A DNA stretch of 64,000 nt, taken from contig CAWBYW010000009.1 of NCBI GenBank assembly GCA_963792965.1, positions 192,001 through 256,000 on the forward strand, given 5' to 3'. Position numbers and translations under genes: made by a program. The notes beneath the pieces were generated by a model. It was not told the origin of the DNA. It saw nothing but the letters and a program-made list of their open reading frames with translations, and made no database searches. Origin of the DNA: an uncultured delta proteobacterium. Lineage in GTDB: Bacteria > Desulfobacterota > Zymogenia > Zymogenales > Zymogenaceae. Positions 8,516 to 18,116 of the stretch are shown here, piece by piece (the first letter of the stretch is position 1; each line of letters begins with the position of its first letter).

Positions 8516-9673
8516 ATGAAAGACTCATTTTTAAGTCAATTCGACGGCTATGAGGAGATCCGCGAGGAGTTCGAGAGCGCAAGAAAAATCGGCGCCGACC
8601 TCACCTACGAGCGCGGCATGGCCCAGGACTATATCAACCGGCTCCACCCCAAGGAGCTTTCCCTTGAAGTAACGCGGGTCATCGAAGAGAGCGCGTCGAC
8701 GAAGACCTTCCGCTTTGTATCGAAGGACCTTCCCCTTCCCCCCTTCATGGCGGGACAGTACGTCACCCTTGTCGTCGAGACGCCGGGCGTCAGGACCGGG
8801 AGGCCCCTTTCGATTTCATCGCCCCCCACTCAGATCGCCTACTGGGACCTGACCGTGCGCAGGGTGGAAAAAGGCCTGGTCTCAAACTTCCTGCTTGACC
8901 GCATTAAGGTCGGGGACGTCTTTGTGAGCTCGGGGCCCGCCGGGTCGTTCTACCCCAACCCGCTGGTCCATACAGGCGCGCTGGTGGCGATCGCGGGGGG
9001 AAGCGGCGTCACCCCGTTCATGAGCATGATCCGGCGGATCGTCGATCTGGGGCTCGAACAGACGATCTATCTCTTCTACGGGAGCCGGACGAGCGATGAC
9101 GTCATCTTTCACGCGGAGCTGACCGATATCGCCGCCTCCGCCAAGAATATCCATTACATCCCCGTGATCGAAAAGCCGCCAAAGGGATACCAGGGCCATA
9201 CCGGCTTTATTACGGCCGACGTGATCAAAAAGGAGATCGGGAGTGTGGCCGGTAAGACCTTCCTCCTCTGCGGGCCGCAGGCGATGTACGACTTTTGCCT
9301 GCCCGAGCTGGCAAAGCTCGGCGTCTCCCCCAGGAAGATCAAGCGCGAGATGTACGGCGCGCCGGTCAATATCAGCCACTACCCGGGGTGGCCCAAAGCG
9401 GTCAAGGAAGGCGACACATTCGCGGTGAGCGTCAGGGGGGGGAAAAGCTTCAAGGCGCAGGCAGGGGTCTCGCTCCTTTCCTCTCTTGAGAAAAACGGGG
9501 TCATCGTGCCGTTCCTCTGCAGGTCGGGGGAGTGCAGCATGTGCCGCCTGAGAGTGACCGGGGGAAGGATCTACCAACCCCCGGGCACGCCGGTGAGGAG
9601 CTCGGACACAAAATACGGGTACGTCCACTCCTGTGTCTCTTTTCCCATCGAGGATCTCGAGATCCTCATCTGA
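8516..9673 (+). CDS. FAD/NAD(P)-binding ferredoxin reductase with C-terminal [2Fe-2S] domain
   Basis: RPLSISS, AGGSGVTPF, CGP, CRSGECSMC...C. Confidence 0.9.
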   Translation: MKDSFLSQFDGYEEIREEFESARKIGADLTYERGMAQDYINRLHPKELSLEVTRVIEESASTKTFRFVSKDLPLPPFMAGQYVTLVVETPGVRTGRPLSISSPPTQIAYWDLTVRRVEKGLVSNFLLDRIKVGDVFVSSGPAGSFYPNPLVHTGALVAIAGGSGVTPFMSMIRRIVDLGLEQTIYLFYGSRTSDDVIFHAELTDIAASAKNIHYIPVIEKPPKGYQGHTGFITADVIKKEIGSVAGKTFLLCGPQAMYDFCLPELAKLGVSPRKIKREMYGAPVNISHYPGWPKAVKEGDTFAVSVRGGKSFKAQAGVSLLSSLEKNGVIVPFLCRSGECSMCRLRVTGGRIYQPPGTPVRSSDTKYGYVHSCVSFPIEDLEILI

Positions 9674-9763
9674 TCGGAAGTTCGCGGGATGGCGTCCGAA
9701 AACAGATCGGATTGATGCCCGGAATAGCGACCCTGCCGTCCTGACGCGACGGCTCCTGAAAGT

Positions 9764-9802
9764 AAAAAACAAGGCGTCCGCACAAAGTGCGGGCGCCTTG
9801 TT
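9764..9802. terminator. bidirectional terminator hairpin
   Basis: AACAAGGCGTCCGCAC-AAA-GTGCGGGCGCCTTGTT between convergent genes. Confidence 0.75.
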
Positions 9803-9823
9803 CGTGTTACCCTACCCCGACGA

Positions 9824-10573
9824 TCAGCCGGCCTTCCTCATAACGAAAAAGACATACCCATAGTATTTCGAATACTTCCGGTACATGTGTATTTCGCGCT
9901 CCATCGTCCGGCACAGCTCCTCGACGCGCTCGTTTCCCGGATACTTGCCCCGCATCCGTTCTATCCCCGTCTCCATAGGACGGTTATAGCCCTCCCACCA
10001 TACCGATTCGGGCAGCGTGAAGCTGCCGATCGTCTCATAGCCCGTCCGATCGATGCATTCGAGGCTTTCCGCCGCGCTCAGGATAGCCGGGTATTCCTTC
10101 CCGAAGAAGGCCGCGATCTCCTGCGGCGGGTCGTCTTTGATCCAGCAGAGATCGGTAACCGCCATGTACCCGCCGGGTTTCAAGAACTGCTTGAATTCCT
10201 TAAGCCCCCGCTCGAACCCGATGATGAAGATCGCGCCTTCCGACCAGACGACGTCAAAACTTCCCCTTTCGAACCCGGGGGAAAACATCGACCGGTTGAC
10301 CGTCTTGATCTTCTCGGAGAAGCCCTCGCGGGACGCCCTGCGTTTTAGTTCATCCAGGAACGGCTGGTGGTTGTCCAGGGCCGTGATCGTTCCGTTGATA
10401 TTTTTTGCCAGCTCGATCGTCTGCATCCCTGCTCCACAGCCGATGTCCAGGAGACGAACGGTAGCGGGAAGCGCCCGCATCATGGACAACGCCTTCCTTG
10501 TCGACTCGTTGTCTCCGGGTCCCTGTCGCGGGAGGTCGTTAAACAGCTCGTAGAAATATGAATCTAACTCCAT
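9824..10573 (-). CDS. class I SAM-dependent methyltransferase
   Basis: LPRQGPG, LDIGCGAG, WSEGAI, YYGYVFF. Confidence 0.92.
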   Translation of the reverse strand: MELDSYFYELFNDLPRQGPGDNESTRKALSMMRALPATVRLLDIGCGAGMQTIELAKNINGTITALDNHQPFLDELKRRASREGFSEKIKTVNRSMFSPGFERGSFDVVWSEGAIFIIGFERGLKEFKQFLKPGGYMAVTDLCWIKDDPPQEIAAFFGKEYPAILSAAESLECIDRTGYETIGSFTLPESVWWEGYNRPMETGIERMRGKYPGNERVEELCRTMEREIHMYRKYSKYYGYVFFVMRKAG

Positions 10574-10933
10574 CGTTTTTTCTTCCTTGTTCTGATCCGT
10601 AAATAGTTCTCACGTTTTTGCACCCTTAAGGACCCAACAAGATCACGACAGCGTTTCATCCAAACCTCTCTTTAAATAGGGTAAAAGCTCCCGGCCATTA
10701 TAATGGAAGGATCCCGGACACGCAAACATAATTAGCTGGTATCCGTTTGTCCTCCCAACTGCTTCCTGCATCGTCAGTGAGCGCGTTTTTGGATGAATTC
10801 GGGCCTATTTGCCCCAAAAATCATATATCGGCCTTGCAGACAGGCAATTTATATCTTGATTTTATTCTAATCTTCCTGTTACTATTCTAAAGATAAAGTT
10901 CTTACGAAACAAAAAGACGCACAGGAGGTCCTT

Positions 10934-11791
10934 ATGATACACCGAACCATAAAGACGATGCTCATCTGTGTCACGCTCTTAGCCGTTCTTGCACCCGCCG
11001 CTTTCTCCGCCGAGGAGACGGTCCTGATCAGTGACATTCTCCAGAACCCCACCCGGTTCATCAACAAGACCGTCACGCTTTCTGGGCGCGTCGACAGCTC
11101 CTTCCCACCCCAGGGAACAACGCCCGGCTACTACATGCTCGTTGACGACAGCCTGCAGCAGATCCCCGTCTCCACGTTCACGCCCGCCGGCCCCGGCGCC
11201 CAGATTACCGTCGAGGGTATCGTGCTGATCGATGAGGCAACGGGCCAACCCTATCTCAAAGAGACCAAAGTGATCACCGGATGGGGCTCGCCCACGCTCA
11301 TCTGGGCCATCGTAATCGGGGCAGTGGTGCTCATCCTGATCATCATTCTCGTCATGGTGCTGAGAAAGCCCGCTAAGGCTCCGCAGCCGTCGCTGGCCGC
11401 GGGACCGACCCCGACGAAGGGGGCGCCCCGCACCGAGAAGCTGAGCGAATCCGAGGCGCGGGCCCTTGCCGGACGTCCTAAGACCGAGAAGGTGCCTTCG
11501 AAACCCGCGCAGCTCTCGATCCTCACGGGCGAGAAGAAGGGTGAAGACATCTTCCTGGTGACCGAAAACGTTATCGGCAGCGACAAAGGCAACATTCGCT
11601 TCAAAGACCGTGGAGTCTCCGGCGAGCACGCCCGGATCAATTTCGTCGGCAACAAATACGTCCTGACCAACGTGAGCCTGACCAACCCCACCATGGTCAA
11701 CGGCAAGGCCGTTGACGGCGACCATGAGCTCAAGAATAACGACGAGATTCTCATGGGAACGGTCAAGGCGAAATTCAGCCTGGTGAAATAG
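10934..11791 (+). CDS. membrane protein: signal peptide, OB-fold-like ectodomain, TM, FHA domain
   Basis: Signal peptide ending AFSA; TM LIWAIVIGAVVLILIIILVMVL; FHA-like VIGS..VSGEHARI..TNPTMVNG..LKNNDEILMG; SD AGGAGG. Confidence 0.85.
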   Translation: MIHRTIKTMLICVTLLAVLAPAAFSAEETVLISDILQNPTRFINKTVTLSGRVDSSFPPQGTTPGYYMLVDDSLQQIPVSTFTPAGPGAQITVEGIVLIDEATGQPYLKETKVITGWGSPTLIWAIVIGAVVLILIIILVMVLRKPAKAPQPSLAAGPTPTKGAPRTEKLSESEARALAGRPKTEKVPSKPAQLSILTGEKKGEDIFLVTENVIGSDKGNIRFKDRGVSGEHARINFVGNKYVLTNVSLTNPTMVNGKAVDGDHELKNNDEILMGTVKAKFSLVK

Positions 11792-12019
11792 CCCTTCAAG
11801 CGTGTCGAAATGGGGGAAATGAGACAAACCGTGATCGATTTTCCCCCTTTCATTTAACCGCCCGCGTACCGATTCCGTATCAAATACGGACTGCTTTTCT
11901 GTGCGCGCGGCCGTGCCGGAGAAGCTGTGCGTTTATAGAGAGACACCGATGCCACAACCATCTCTCTTTCCATCAATCGCTGAGGCCCCGGGAAAACCGG
12001 GGCCCTTCCCGGGTGTTCT

Positions 12020-14131
12020 ATGAAAACATGCCCTTCGTGCGGACATGCCAACGCCGACGAGTCGATCTTCTGCGAAGAGTGCTCCCAGCGCCTGGATGGA
12101 GCAACTGATCCTTTCGTCGACACCATCGTCGACGGACGCTACCAGGTGGTCAGGAAGATCGCCGAGGGAGGAATGGGGGTGGTCTATTTCGCCAAGAACG
12201 TCCGGCTCGACGTTGACGCCGCCCTTAAGGTATTGCACCCGGATCTGGCCCGAAACAAGAAGTTCCTCTCCCGGTTTGAGAACGAGGCCAAGACGGTGGT
12301 GCGCCTGCGCCACCAGAACATCGTCCAGGTCTTTGATACCGGCCCCATCCGCGACACCTACTACATCGCGATGGAGTTTATCCAGGGCGAGGACCTCGTT
12401 GACATCATCGAAAAAAGAGGGAAGCTTCCTCTCGAGGAGGCCTTCTATATCGCCGTCCAGGCGGCGCAGGGGCTTGCTTACGCGCACGAGCGCGGGATTC
12501 TCCACCGGGACATAAAGCCCGCAAACATCATCATCGAGCCCTCGGGCCGCACCGTTATTACCGACTTCGGGATAGCGCGGTCAGCCAAGGCGAAAAGCGA
12601 CACGACCATCGGCTCGGTCGTCGGGACGCCGGAATACATGAGCCTGGAGCAGCTCAAGGGAATGGATATCGACGCGCGCGCCGATATCTACTCCCTCGGT
12701 GTGGTCCTCTATGAGATGCTCACCGGCGTATCGCCGTTTCGGGCCGAGGAGAGTGTCTCGGCCATCGCCAAGGTGCTCAGCGAAACGGCCCCCCCCATCG
12801 AGGAGCTCAGGCCCGATCTCCCCGAATGGGCGGTAGCTATCGTCAAAAAGGCGATGGCCAAGGAGAGGAAGGAGCGCTTCGGCAGTGCCGAAGAGCTCAT
12901 CGCCCAGATCTCTCATCACATGGCCGACTCGTCCTTCATTATCCCGAAAGTCTCATTGACGAGAAAAACAAGGAGCACCCGGTTGACATCGCTGGTCAAT
13001 GAGCTCACCGCAAACGTCCGACGGCTGCCGCGCCGGCAGCAAATGCTGACGGCGGCCCTTGCCTCACTCATCGTGGTCGGGGTAATCGTGACGGGTGTCT
13101 TGCTGGTCAAGTCGCTCAATTTCTCGCTCAGGTCTCTCTTCTCGTCCGGCACCGCGCCGCTCGGCACGTCCCGGGAGGCCGACCGGGTGTGGGGGTTCAA
13201 GACGTTCGGCCCCATCGACGCATCGCCTCTCGTCTCCGGCACAACCGTCTACGTCGGAAGCGGCGACGGCACCCTCTACGCCGTCACGACCGGCAAGGGA
13301 AATCAGCTCTGGGTCTTCAAAGCCGAGGACGCAATCAATACCACCCCGGCCGCCTGGTGGAAGACCGTCTATTTCGGGAGCGACGATCATTCGCTCTACG
13401 CCGTGGCCAACAGAAATGGGGAACTCGTCTGGCGCTTCACGACGGGCGGCGACGTGAGGTCCTCTCCCGAGCTCACCGACAGGCTCGTCATCTTCGGCAG
13501 CAATGACGACATCCTCTACGCCGTCGATAAGTCAAGCGGGGAGGAGGTCTGGCGCTTCAAGACGAAGGGCAAGATCGTCTCATCGCCGGCGGCGTGGGGA
13601 AATCTCGTCTACTTCGGGAGCTTTGATAATCGCTTCTACGCACTCGACATCACATCTGGAAAGGAAGCCTGGCGTTTTGAGACCAACGGTGACATCGAGT
13701 CGTCACCTGTCGTCACGAGGTCGCTTGTGCTGTTTGGCAGCGACGACGATTACCTGTATGCGCTTGACAGGACGACAGGCAAAGAAGTCTGGCGCTTCGA
13801 AACGGACGGTGACGTCGTCGGTCGGCCCGCCGTCAATTGGGATACCGTCTACGTCGGCAGCCGCGACGGCTCGGTCTACGCCGTTGACCTCCAAACCGGG
13901 AAACTTAAATGGCGCCACAAGACGGGCGGGGATATCTGCTCTTCTCCCGCGCTCACGGAGCGATCGGTACTGATCGGAAGCGATGACGGCAATGCCTATG
14001 CGCTCAGTCTCACGGATGGGTCCGAGCGATGGAGGGCAAAGACGGGGGGCAAGGTCAGGTCGGGTCCGGCCGTGTCCGACGGTACGGCCTATTTTGGGAG
14101 CCGGGACGGGTACCTGTACGCCGTCAGATAA
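12020..14131 (+). CDS. Hanks-type Ser/Thr kinase with N-terminal zinc ribbon, TM and C-terminal PQQ/BamB-like beta-propeller
   Basis: CPSC..CEEC; GGMGVVY, HRDIKPAN, DFG, GTPEYMS; about 8 repeats of W.F.T.G...SSP....YFGS.D..LYA.D. Confidence 0.93.
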   Translation: MKTCPSCGHANADESIFCEECSQRLDGATDPFVDTIVDGRYQVVRKIAEGGMGVVYFAKNVRLDVDAALKVLHPDLARNKKFLSRFENEAKTVVRLRHQNIVQVFDTGPIRDTYYIAMEFIQGEDLVDIIEKRGKLPLEEAFYIAVQAAQGLAYAHERGILHRDIKPANIIIEPSGRTVITDFGIARSAKAKSDTTIGSVVGTPEYMSLEQLKGMDIDARADIYSLGVVLYEMLTGVSPFRAEESVSAIAKVLSETAPPIEELRPDLPEWAVAIVKKAMAKERKERFGSAEELIAQISHHMADSSFIIPKVSLTRKTRSTRLTSLVNELTANVRRLPRRQQMLTAALASLIVVGVIVTGVLLVKSLNFSLRSLFSSGTAPLGTSREADRVWGFKTFGPIDASPLVSGTTVYVGSGDGTLYAVTTGKGNQLWVFKAEDAINTTPAAWWKTVYFGSDDHSLYAVANRNGELVWRFTTGGDVRSSPELTDRLVIFGSNDDILYAVDKSSGEEVWRFKTKGKIVSSPAAWGNLVYFGSFDNRFYALDITSGKEAWRFETNGDIESSPVVTRSLVLFGSDDDYLYALDRTTGKEVWRFETDGDVVGRPAVNWDTVYVGSRDGSVYAVDLQTGKLKWRHKTGGDICSSPALTERSVLIGSDDGNAYALSLTDGSERWRAKTGGKVRSGPAVSDGTAYFGSRDGYLYAVR

Positions 14132-14207
14132 TCTGAATCGATAGAGAGACGCCGTCCCATTTTGTCGATATCGGGCAGATCCGCAGGGCGGCATCGGTGG
14201 ACTGAAG

Positions 14208-15212
14208 ATGTACACGCACAAAGACATTCCCGTCACCCTTGCGGGGGCAAGCGACGTGGGGCTCGTCAGAGAAGAGAACGAGGATAGCTTTCTGATACGG
14301 CATATCAAGCGAAGGCAGCGGGGCCCCTTCGAAATTCGGGCGCTTCTCATAGTTGCCGACGGCATGGGCGGACACGTGGGCGGGCAGGAGGCGAGCCGTA
14401 CGGTCGTTTCCTTCATCGATCAGCTCTTTACCCCGCGACATCGGGACGCCCAGGCGCATTTTGGAGACGATATCTTTTCCTTTATCGGGGGCGTTATCCG
14501 CGAGGCAGATGTCCGGGTGAACGAGATCGGGAAGGGAGGCGATAAGCCCCCCGGCACCACGTTCACCGGCGCCTTTATTGTCGACAACCAGGCGTTCATC
14601 GGGCACATCGGCGACAGCAGGGCCTACCAGATACGAAACGACGAGATCCTGCCGCTCACCCGTGACCACTCCTACGTGGCGCACCTCGTCAGCGAGGGGA
14701 AGCTGTCGCCCGAAGAGGCAAAGGATTTCCCGCAGAAGAATATCCTCATGAGGTCTCTCGGCACCGAGGGTGGGGTGAAGGTGGACGAGCCGCGCCAGAT
14801 CCACGTCATGGACGGGGACGTGTTGTTGTTATGCACCGACGGACTCTGGGACCTCGTCTCGGACAAGGAGATCGTCGCCGTCGTCCAGGATCAGAGAGAC
14901 CTCAACAAGGCCTGCAGGAAGCTGATTCGGATAGCCAAATCTCGGGGTGGACACGACAACATCACCGTCGCGCTGGCGCGCTTCGGGTCGTTCAAGAAAG
15001 GGAGGGCGCTGTCTCTGGCGCACCTGGCCGATATCGTCTCCATTCGATCGCCGGGACGGCTCGGGAGGATACTCGTCCGGGCACTCCTCTACGGCTCCGT
15101 CTTCATTCTTTCGGCCGTGTTGATACTGATTGTGCTCTTTGTGCTCAACGAAGCATCGATTCTCAGGGTCCCCCTGCCGTTTGACGCCCTCAAGAAAATG
15201 CTTACCGGATAG
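14208..15212 (+). CDS. PP2C/Stp1-type Ser/Thr phosphatase with C-terminal TM
   Basis: REENED, VADGMGG, GDSRAY, CTDGL, GGHDNIT. Confidence 0.93.
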   Translation: MYTHKDIPVTLAGASDVGLVREENEDSFLIRHIKRRQRGPFEIRALLIVADGMGGHVGGQEASRTVVSFIDQLFTPRHRDAQAHFGDDIFSFIGGVIREADVRVNEIGKGGDKPPGTTFTGAFIVDNQAFIGHIGDSRAYQIRNDEILPLTRDHSYVAHLVSEGKLSPEEAKDFPQKNILMRSLGTEGGVKVDEPRQIHVMDGDVLLLCTDGLWDLVSDKEIVAVVQDQRDLNKACRKLIRIAKSRGGHDNITVALARFGSFKKGRALSLAHLADIVSIRSPGRLGRILVRALLYGSVFILSAVLILIVLFVLNEASILRVPLPFDALKKMLTG

Positions 15213-15249
15213 GGGAAATGGGATAGCGAGAAAAATCGGGGGTGAAACG

Positions 15250-15276
15250 GGGGGAGCCTGTTTAACAGGCTCCCCC
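15250..15276. terminator. terminator hairpin between convergent genes
   Basis: GGGGGAGCCTGTT-T-AACAGGCTCCCCC. Confidence 0.7.
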
Positions 15277-15283
15277 TTCGTTG

Positions 15284-16174
15284 TTAGGACACCATCTCAT
15301 CGATGATCGCCTTGACGGGCTTGATCTCTTTTATGAGGGCGGCCACGTCGCCCGCCCCCGCCGGGAAGAGGTCAAAATCCCCGGTCGTCCAGGCCTTCCC
15401 CGCGTTCATATAGCTGTATTCGGACATAAGATCGGCCTTCGGGTCGCCCATCAGCGCCCTGAGCTTCTCGTTGACGATCGTGCGCATCGTCATCCTGCCC
15501 ATCGGCAACAGCGCCGTCCCGCCGTCGGGGCATTTCACGATCGCCTCCTTCCATGCGGCCGGTGCCTCGCTCTCATCACAGGCGATAAAGCGTGTGCCGA
15601 CCTGCACCCCCTCGGCGCCGAGCGCTAACGCCGCCCGATAACCCCGGGAATCCGCGATCCCGCCTGCGGCGACCACCGGAATCGAGACGTGATCGACCAC
15701 CAGAGGGACCAGCACCATCGTCGAGGACTCGGGGTTGATCGAGCGCAGCCCACCGGCCTCCGCGCCGCAGACGACCAGGCCGTCGGCCCCCGCCTGTTCG
15801 GCCGCAATCGCGTGGGGCAGCGACAACAACACGTGAAGCCCCTTCATCCCAAGGGCATGGATATCGGGGAAGATCTTCTTGGGGGAGCCGGCCGACGTGG
15901 TGACAACCCTGACGCCCACCGCCGCCAATACCTCGAGGATTTCCTTATTTGCCCCGTTCATGATCATGAGGTTCGCCCCGAAGGGCTTGTCGGTCAGGGC
16001 CCGAACCTCGCCGACGAGTCTTTTCGCGTCCTCGGGCCCGGAAAATCCCATCGCAAGCATCCCAAACCCTCCCGCCTCACAGATCGCCGCCACGAGCTTT
16101 GGGCTGTTCATCGCGCCGATCGGCCCCTGGATGATCGGGTAGCGGCTGCCGAGAATATCGCTGAGTCTGCTCAT
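15284..16174 (-). CDS. nitronate monooxygenase / FabK-like flavoprotein
   Basis: YPIIQG, GAEAGG, PVVAAGGIAD, GVQVGTRF. Confidence 0.9.
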   Translation of the reverse strand: MSRLSDILGSRYPIIQGPIGAMNSPKLVAAICEAGGFGMLAMGFSGPEDAKRLVGEVRALTDKPFGANLMIMNGANKEILEVLAAVGVRVVTTSAGSPKKIFPDIHALGMKGLHVLLSLPHAIAAEQAGADGLVVCGAEAGGLRSINPESSTMVLVPLVVDHVSIPVVAAGGIADSRGYRAALALGAEGVQVGTRFIACDESEAPAAWKEAIVKCPDGGTALLPMGRMTMRTIVNEKLRALMGDPKADLMSEYSYMNAGKAWTTGDFDLFPAGAGDVAALIKEIKPVKAIIDEMVS

Positions 16175-16210
16175 ACACATCACCTCAATAGTCTATCGAT
16201 AGCGGCCGCC

Positions 16211-17872
16211 CTATTTCTTCACGTAGGTATCCTTGTACTGCTCCCTGAGCACCTTCTTGTCGATCTTGCCGACGGAGGTCTTGGAAATATCGTCGACGAA
16301 CATCACCTCGTCGGGGAGCTGCCATTTGGCAAATCCTTTTGCGAGGTGGTCCAGGATATCCTGCTTTTTTACCTTCCCCTGGTATTCCGGGCGGAGCACG
16401 ATGAGCGCCAGCGGCCGCTCCTCCCACTTGGGGTGCGTCACGCCGATGACCGCCGCCTCAAGGACCGAGGGATGCGCAAAGAGCGCGTTTTCCATGTCGA
16501 CCGAGGAGATCCACTCGCCGCCGCTCTTGATGATATCCTTGACGCGGTCGGTGATCTTCAGGTAACCCTCCTCGTCCATCGTGCCGGCGTCACCGCTCTT
16601 CCAGTAGCCGTCCTCGGTGAACTGGGTGCTCGGGCTGTCCGGGTTATAGTATTTCTCGGTGATCCAGGGGCCCCTGATGCAAAACTCGCCCGGGGCCTTG
16701 CCGTCGTGCGCAACCTCTTTCCCGGTGGGATCAAGGAGCTTGACGTCAAGCCCGGTGACCACGTATCCCTGTTTCCTGCGCATGTCCCACCTCTCGTCTT
16801 CGGTCATCGTCTTTTCGAGCCACGGCTTGAGCCGATTCATGCTGGCCAGGGGCGAGGTCTCGGTGGCGCCGTAGGCGTGGATTACCTCCGCGCCGGTCAG
16901 GTTCCAGTAGTCCTTCATCATCTGCAGGGGTGGCTCCGTCGCACCGGAGAGGAACCGGGCTCCCTTGAGGTCAGGCTTCTTATCGAGCTTGCGGATATAC
17001 TCAAGCATCGGGAGGAAGAGCGCGGGCGCGCCCGCCGTAGTGTTGACCTTTTCGTCCACGATGATCTGGGCAAGCTCATCGAGGCGCTGTAGGTTATACA
17101 TCCCCGGCAGGACAAATTTCGCGCCGCACATGGTGGAAAAATAGGGCCCGCCCCACCCCATGGCGTGAAACATCGGCACCAGCTGGAAAAAGCAGTCAGA
17201 ATATGAGAGGGCCGCGTTCGTGCCCACGGCCAGGGCGTGGATGTAGGTGCTGCGGTGGGAATAGTAGACCCCCTTGGGCTTGCCGGTCGTCCCGGTGGTG
17301 TAACACGCGGCGCAGGCCGATTTCTCGTCCATCATCGGCCAGTCGTATTCCGCCTTCTCGCCGGCCATGAGCTCCTCGTAACTGTAGACGGGTTTGAGCT
17401 TCGTCTGGATCTCGGAGAGCTTCTTGTCGGTGATGATAACGTAGCCCTTGACGGTCTTCAGGTTAGGGGCGACCATCTCCACGAGCGGGACCAGGGTCTC
17501 GTCGACGAAAACGAGCTTCGTCTCGGCGTGGTTCACGACGTAGGTCAGGTCCGGCGGGGCGAGCCTCAGGTTCATCAACAGCATCACCGCGCCGTATCCC
17601 GGGATGGAGAAATAGAGCTCATAGTTGCGGTACGAGTTCCAGTCCATGACGCCGACCCGGTCGCCGACCTTGATGCCCAGTTTCTTGAGCACGTTGCCAA
17701 GCCGCATGATCCTCTTGTAGGCATCTCCGTAGGTGTAGCGAAACATCCGATCACCGACCTTGCAGACGATCTCCTGCTTTTCGAAGTTCCGCGCGCCGTG
17801 TTTGATGAGGTTGATCAGGTTGAGCGGGTAGTCGTCCTGCATGGTCGATGGAAAGCCCTTGATGATTTTCAT
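16211..17872 (-). CDS. long/medium-chain fatty-acid--CoA ligase
   Basis: YTTGTTGKPKG, YGATET, SGD, DRVKDIIKSGGEWISS, KTSVGK. Confidence 0.93.
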   Translation of the reverse strand: MKIIKGFPSTMQDDYPLNLINLIKHGARNFEKQEIVCKVGDRMFRYTYGDAYKRIMRLGNVLKKLGIKVGDRVGVMDWNSYRNYELYFSIPGYGAVMLLMNLRLAPPDLTYVVNHAETKLVFVDETLVPLVEMVAPNLKTVKGYVIITDKKLSEIQTKLKPVYSYEELMAGEKAEYDWPMMDEKSACAACYTTGTTGKPKGVYYSHRSTYIHALAVGTNAALSYSDCFFQLVPMFHAMGWGGPYFSTMCGAKFVLPGMYNLQRLDELAQIIVDEKVNTTAGAPALFLPMLEYIRKLDKKPDLKGARFLSGATEPPLQMMKDYWNLTGAEVIHAYGATETSPLASMNRLKPWLEKTMTEDERWDMRRKQGYVVTGLDVKLLDPTGKEVAHDGKAPGEFCIRGPWITEKYYNPDSPSTQFTEDGYWKSGDAGTMDEEGYLKITDRVKDIIKSGGEWISSVDMENALFAHPSVLEAAVIGVTHPKWEERPLALIVLRPEYQGKVKKQDILDHLAKGFAKWQLPDEVMFVDDISKTSVGKIDKKVLREQYKDTYVKK

Positions 17873-18116
17873 AATGGACTCCTCATGGAATGAAATGAAA
17901 TAATGATAAACAGAGCGTCTCAGGAGTTAAGAAGTGCGATACTCTATCCCGTGAGTTTGAGATGAGACACCATAGCAGATATCGTTGGAAAACTCAAGAT
18001 TATATACGGAGACCGTTGTCCCGCGTGTCAAACGTGTCTTTCCGTCCGTAGCGGGCTATGGATGGTCTAAGGAGCGTGGTGGGTCGTTTCTATGGCCGAT
18101 GACGAGCGGCGTGCCG

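Noticed and set aside
13170-14131. ~120-bp periodic repeats resembling an array
   Set aside because: They are coding beta-propeller blade repeats of the kinase, not CRISPR or non-coding repeats
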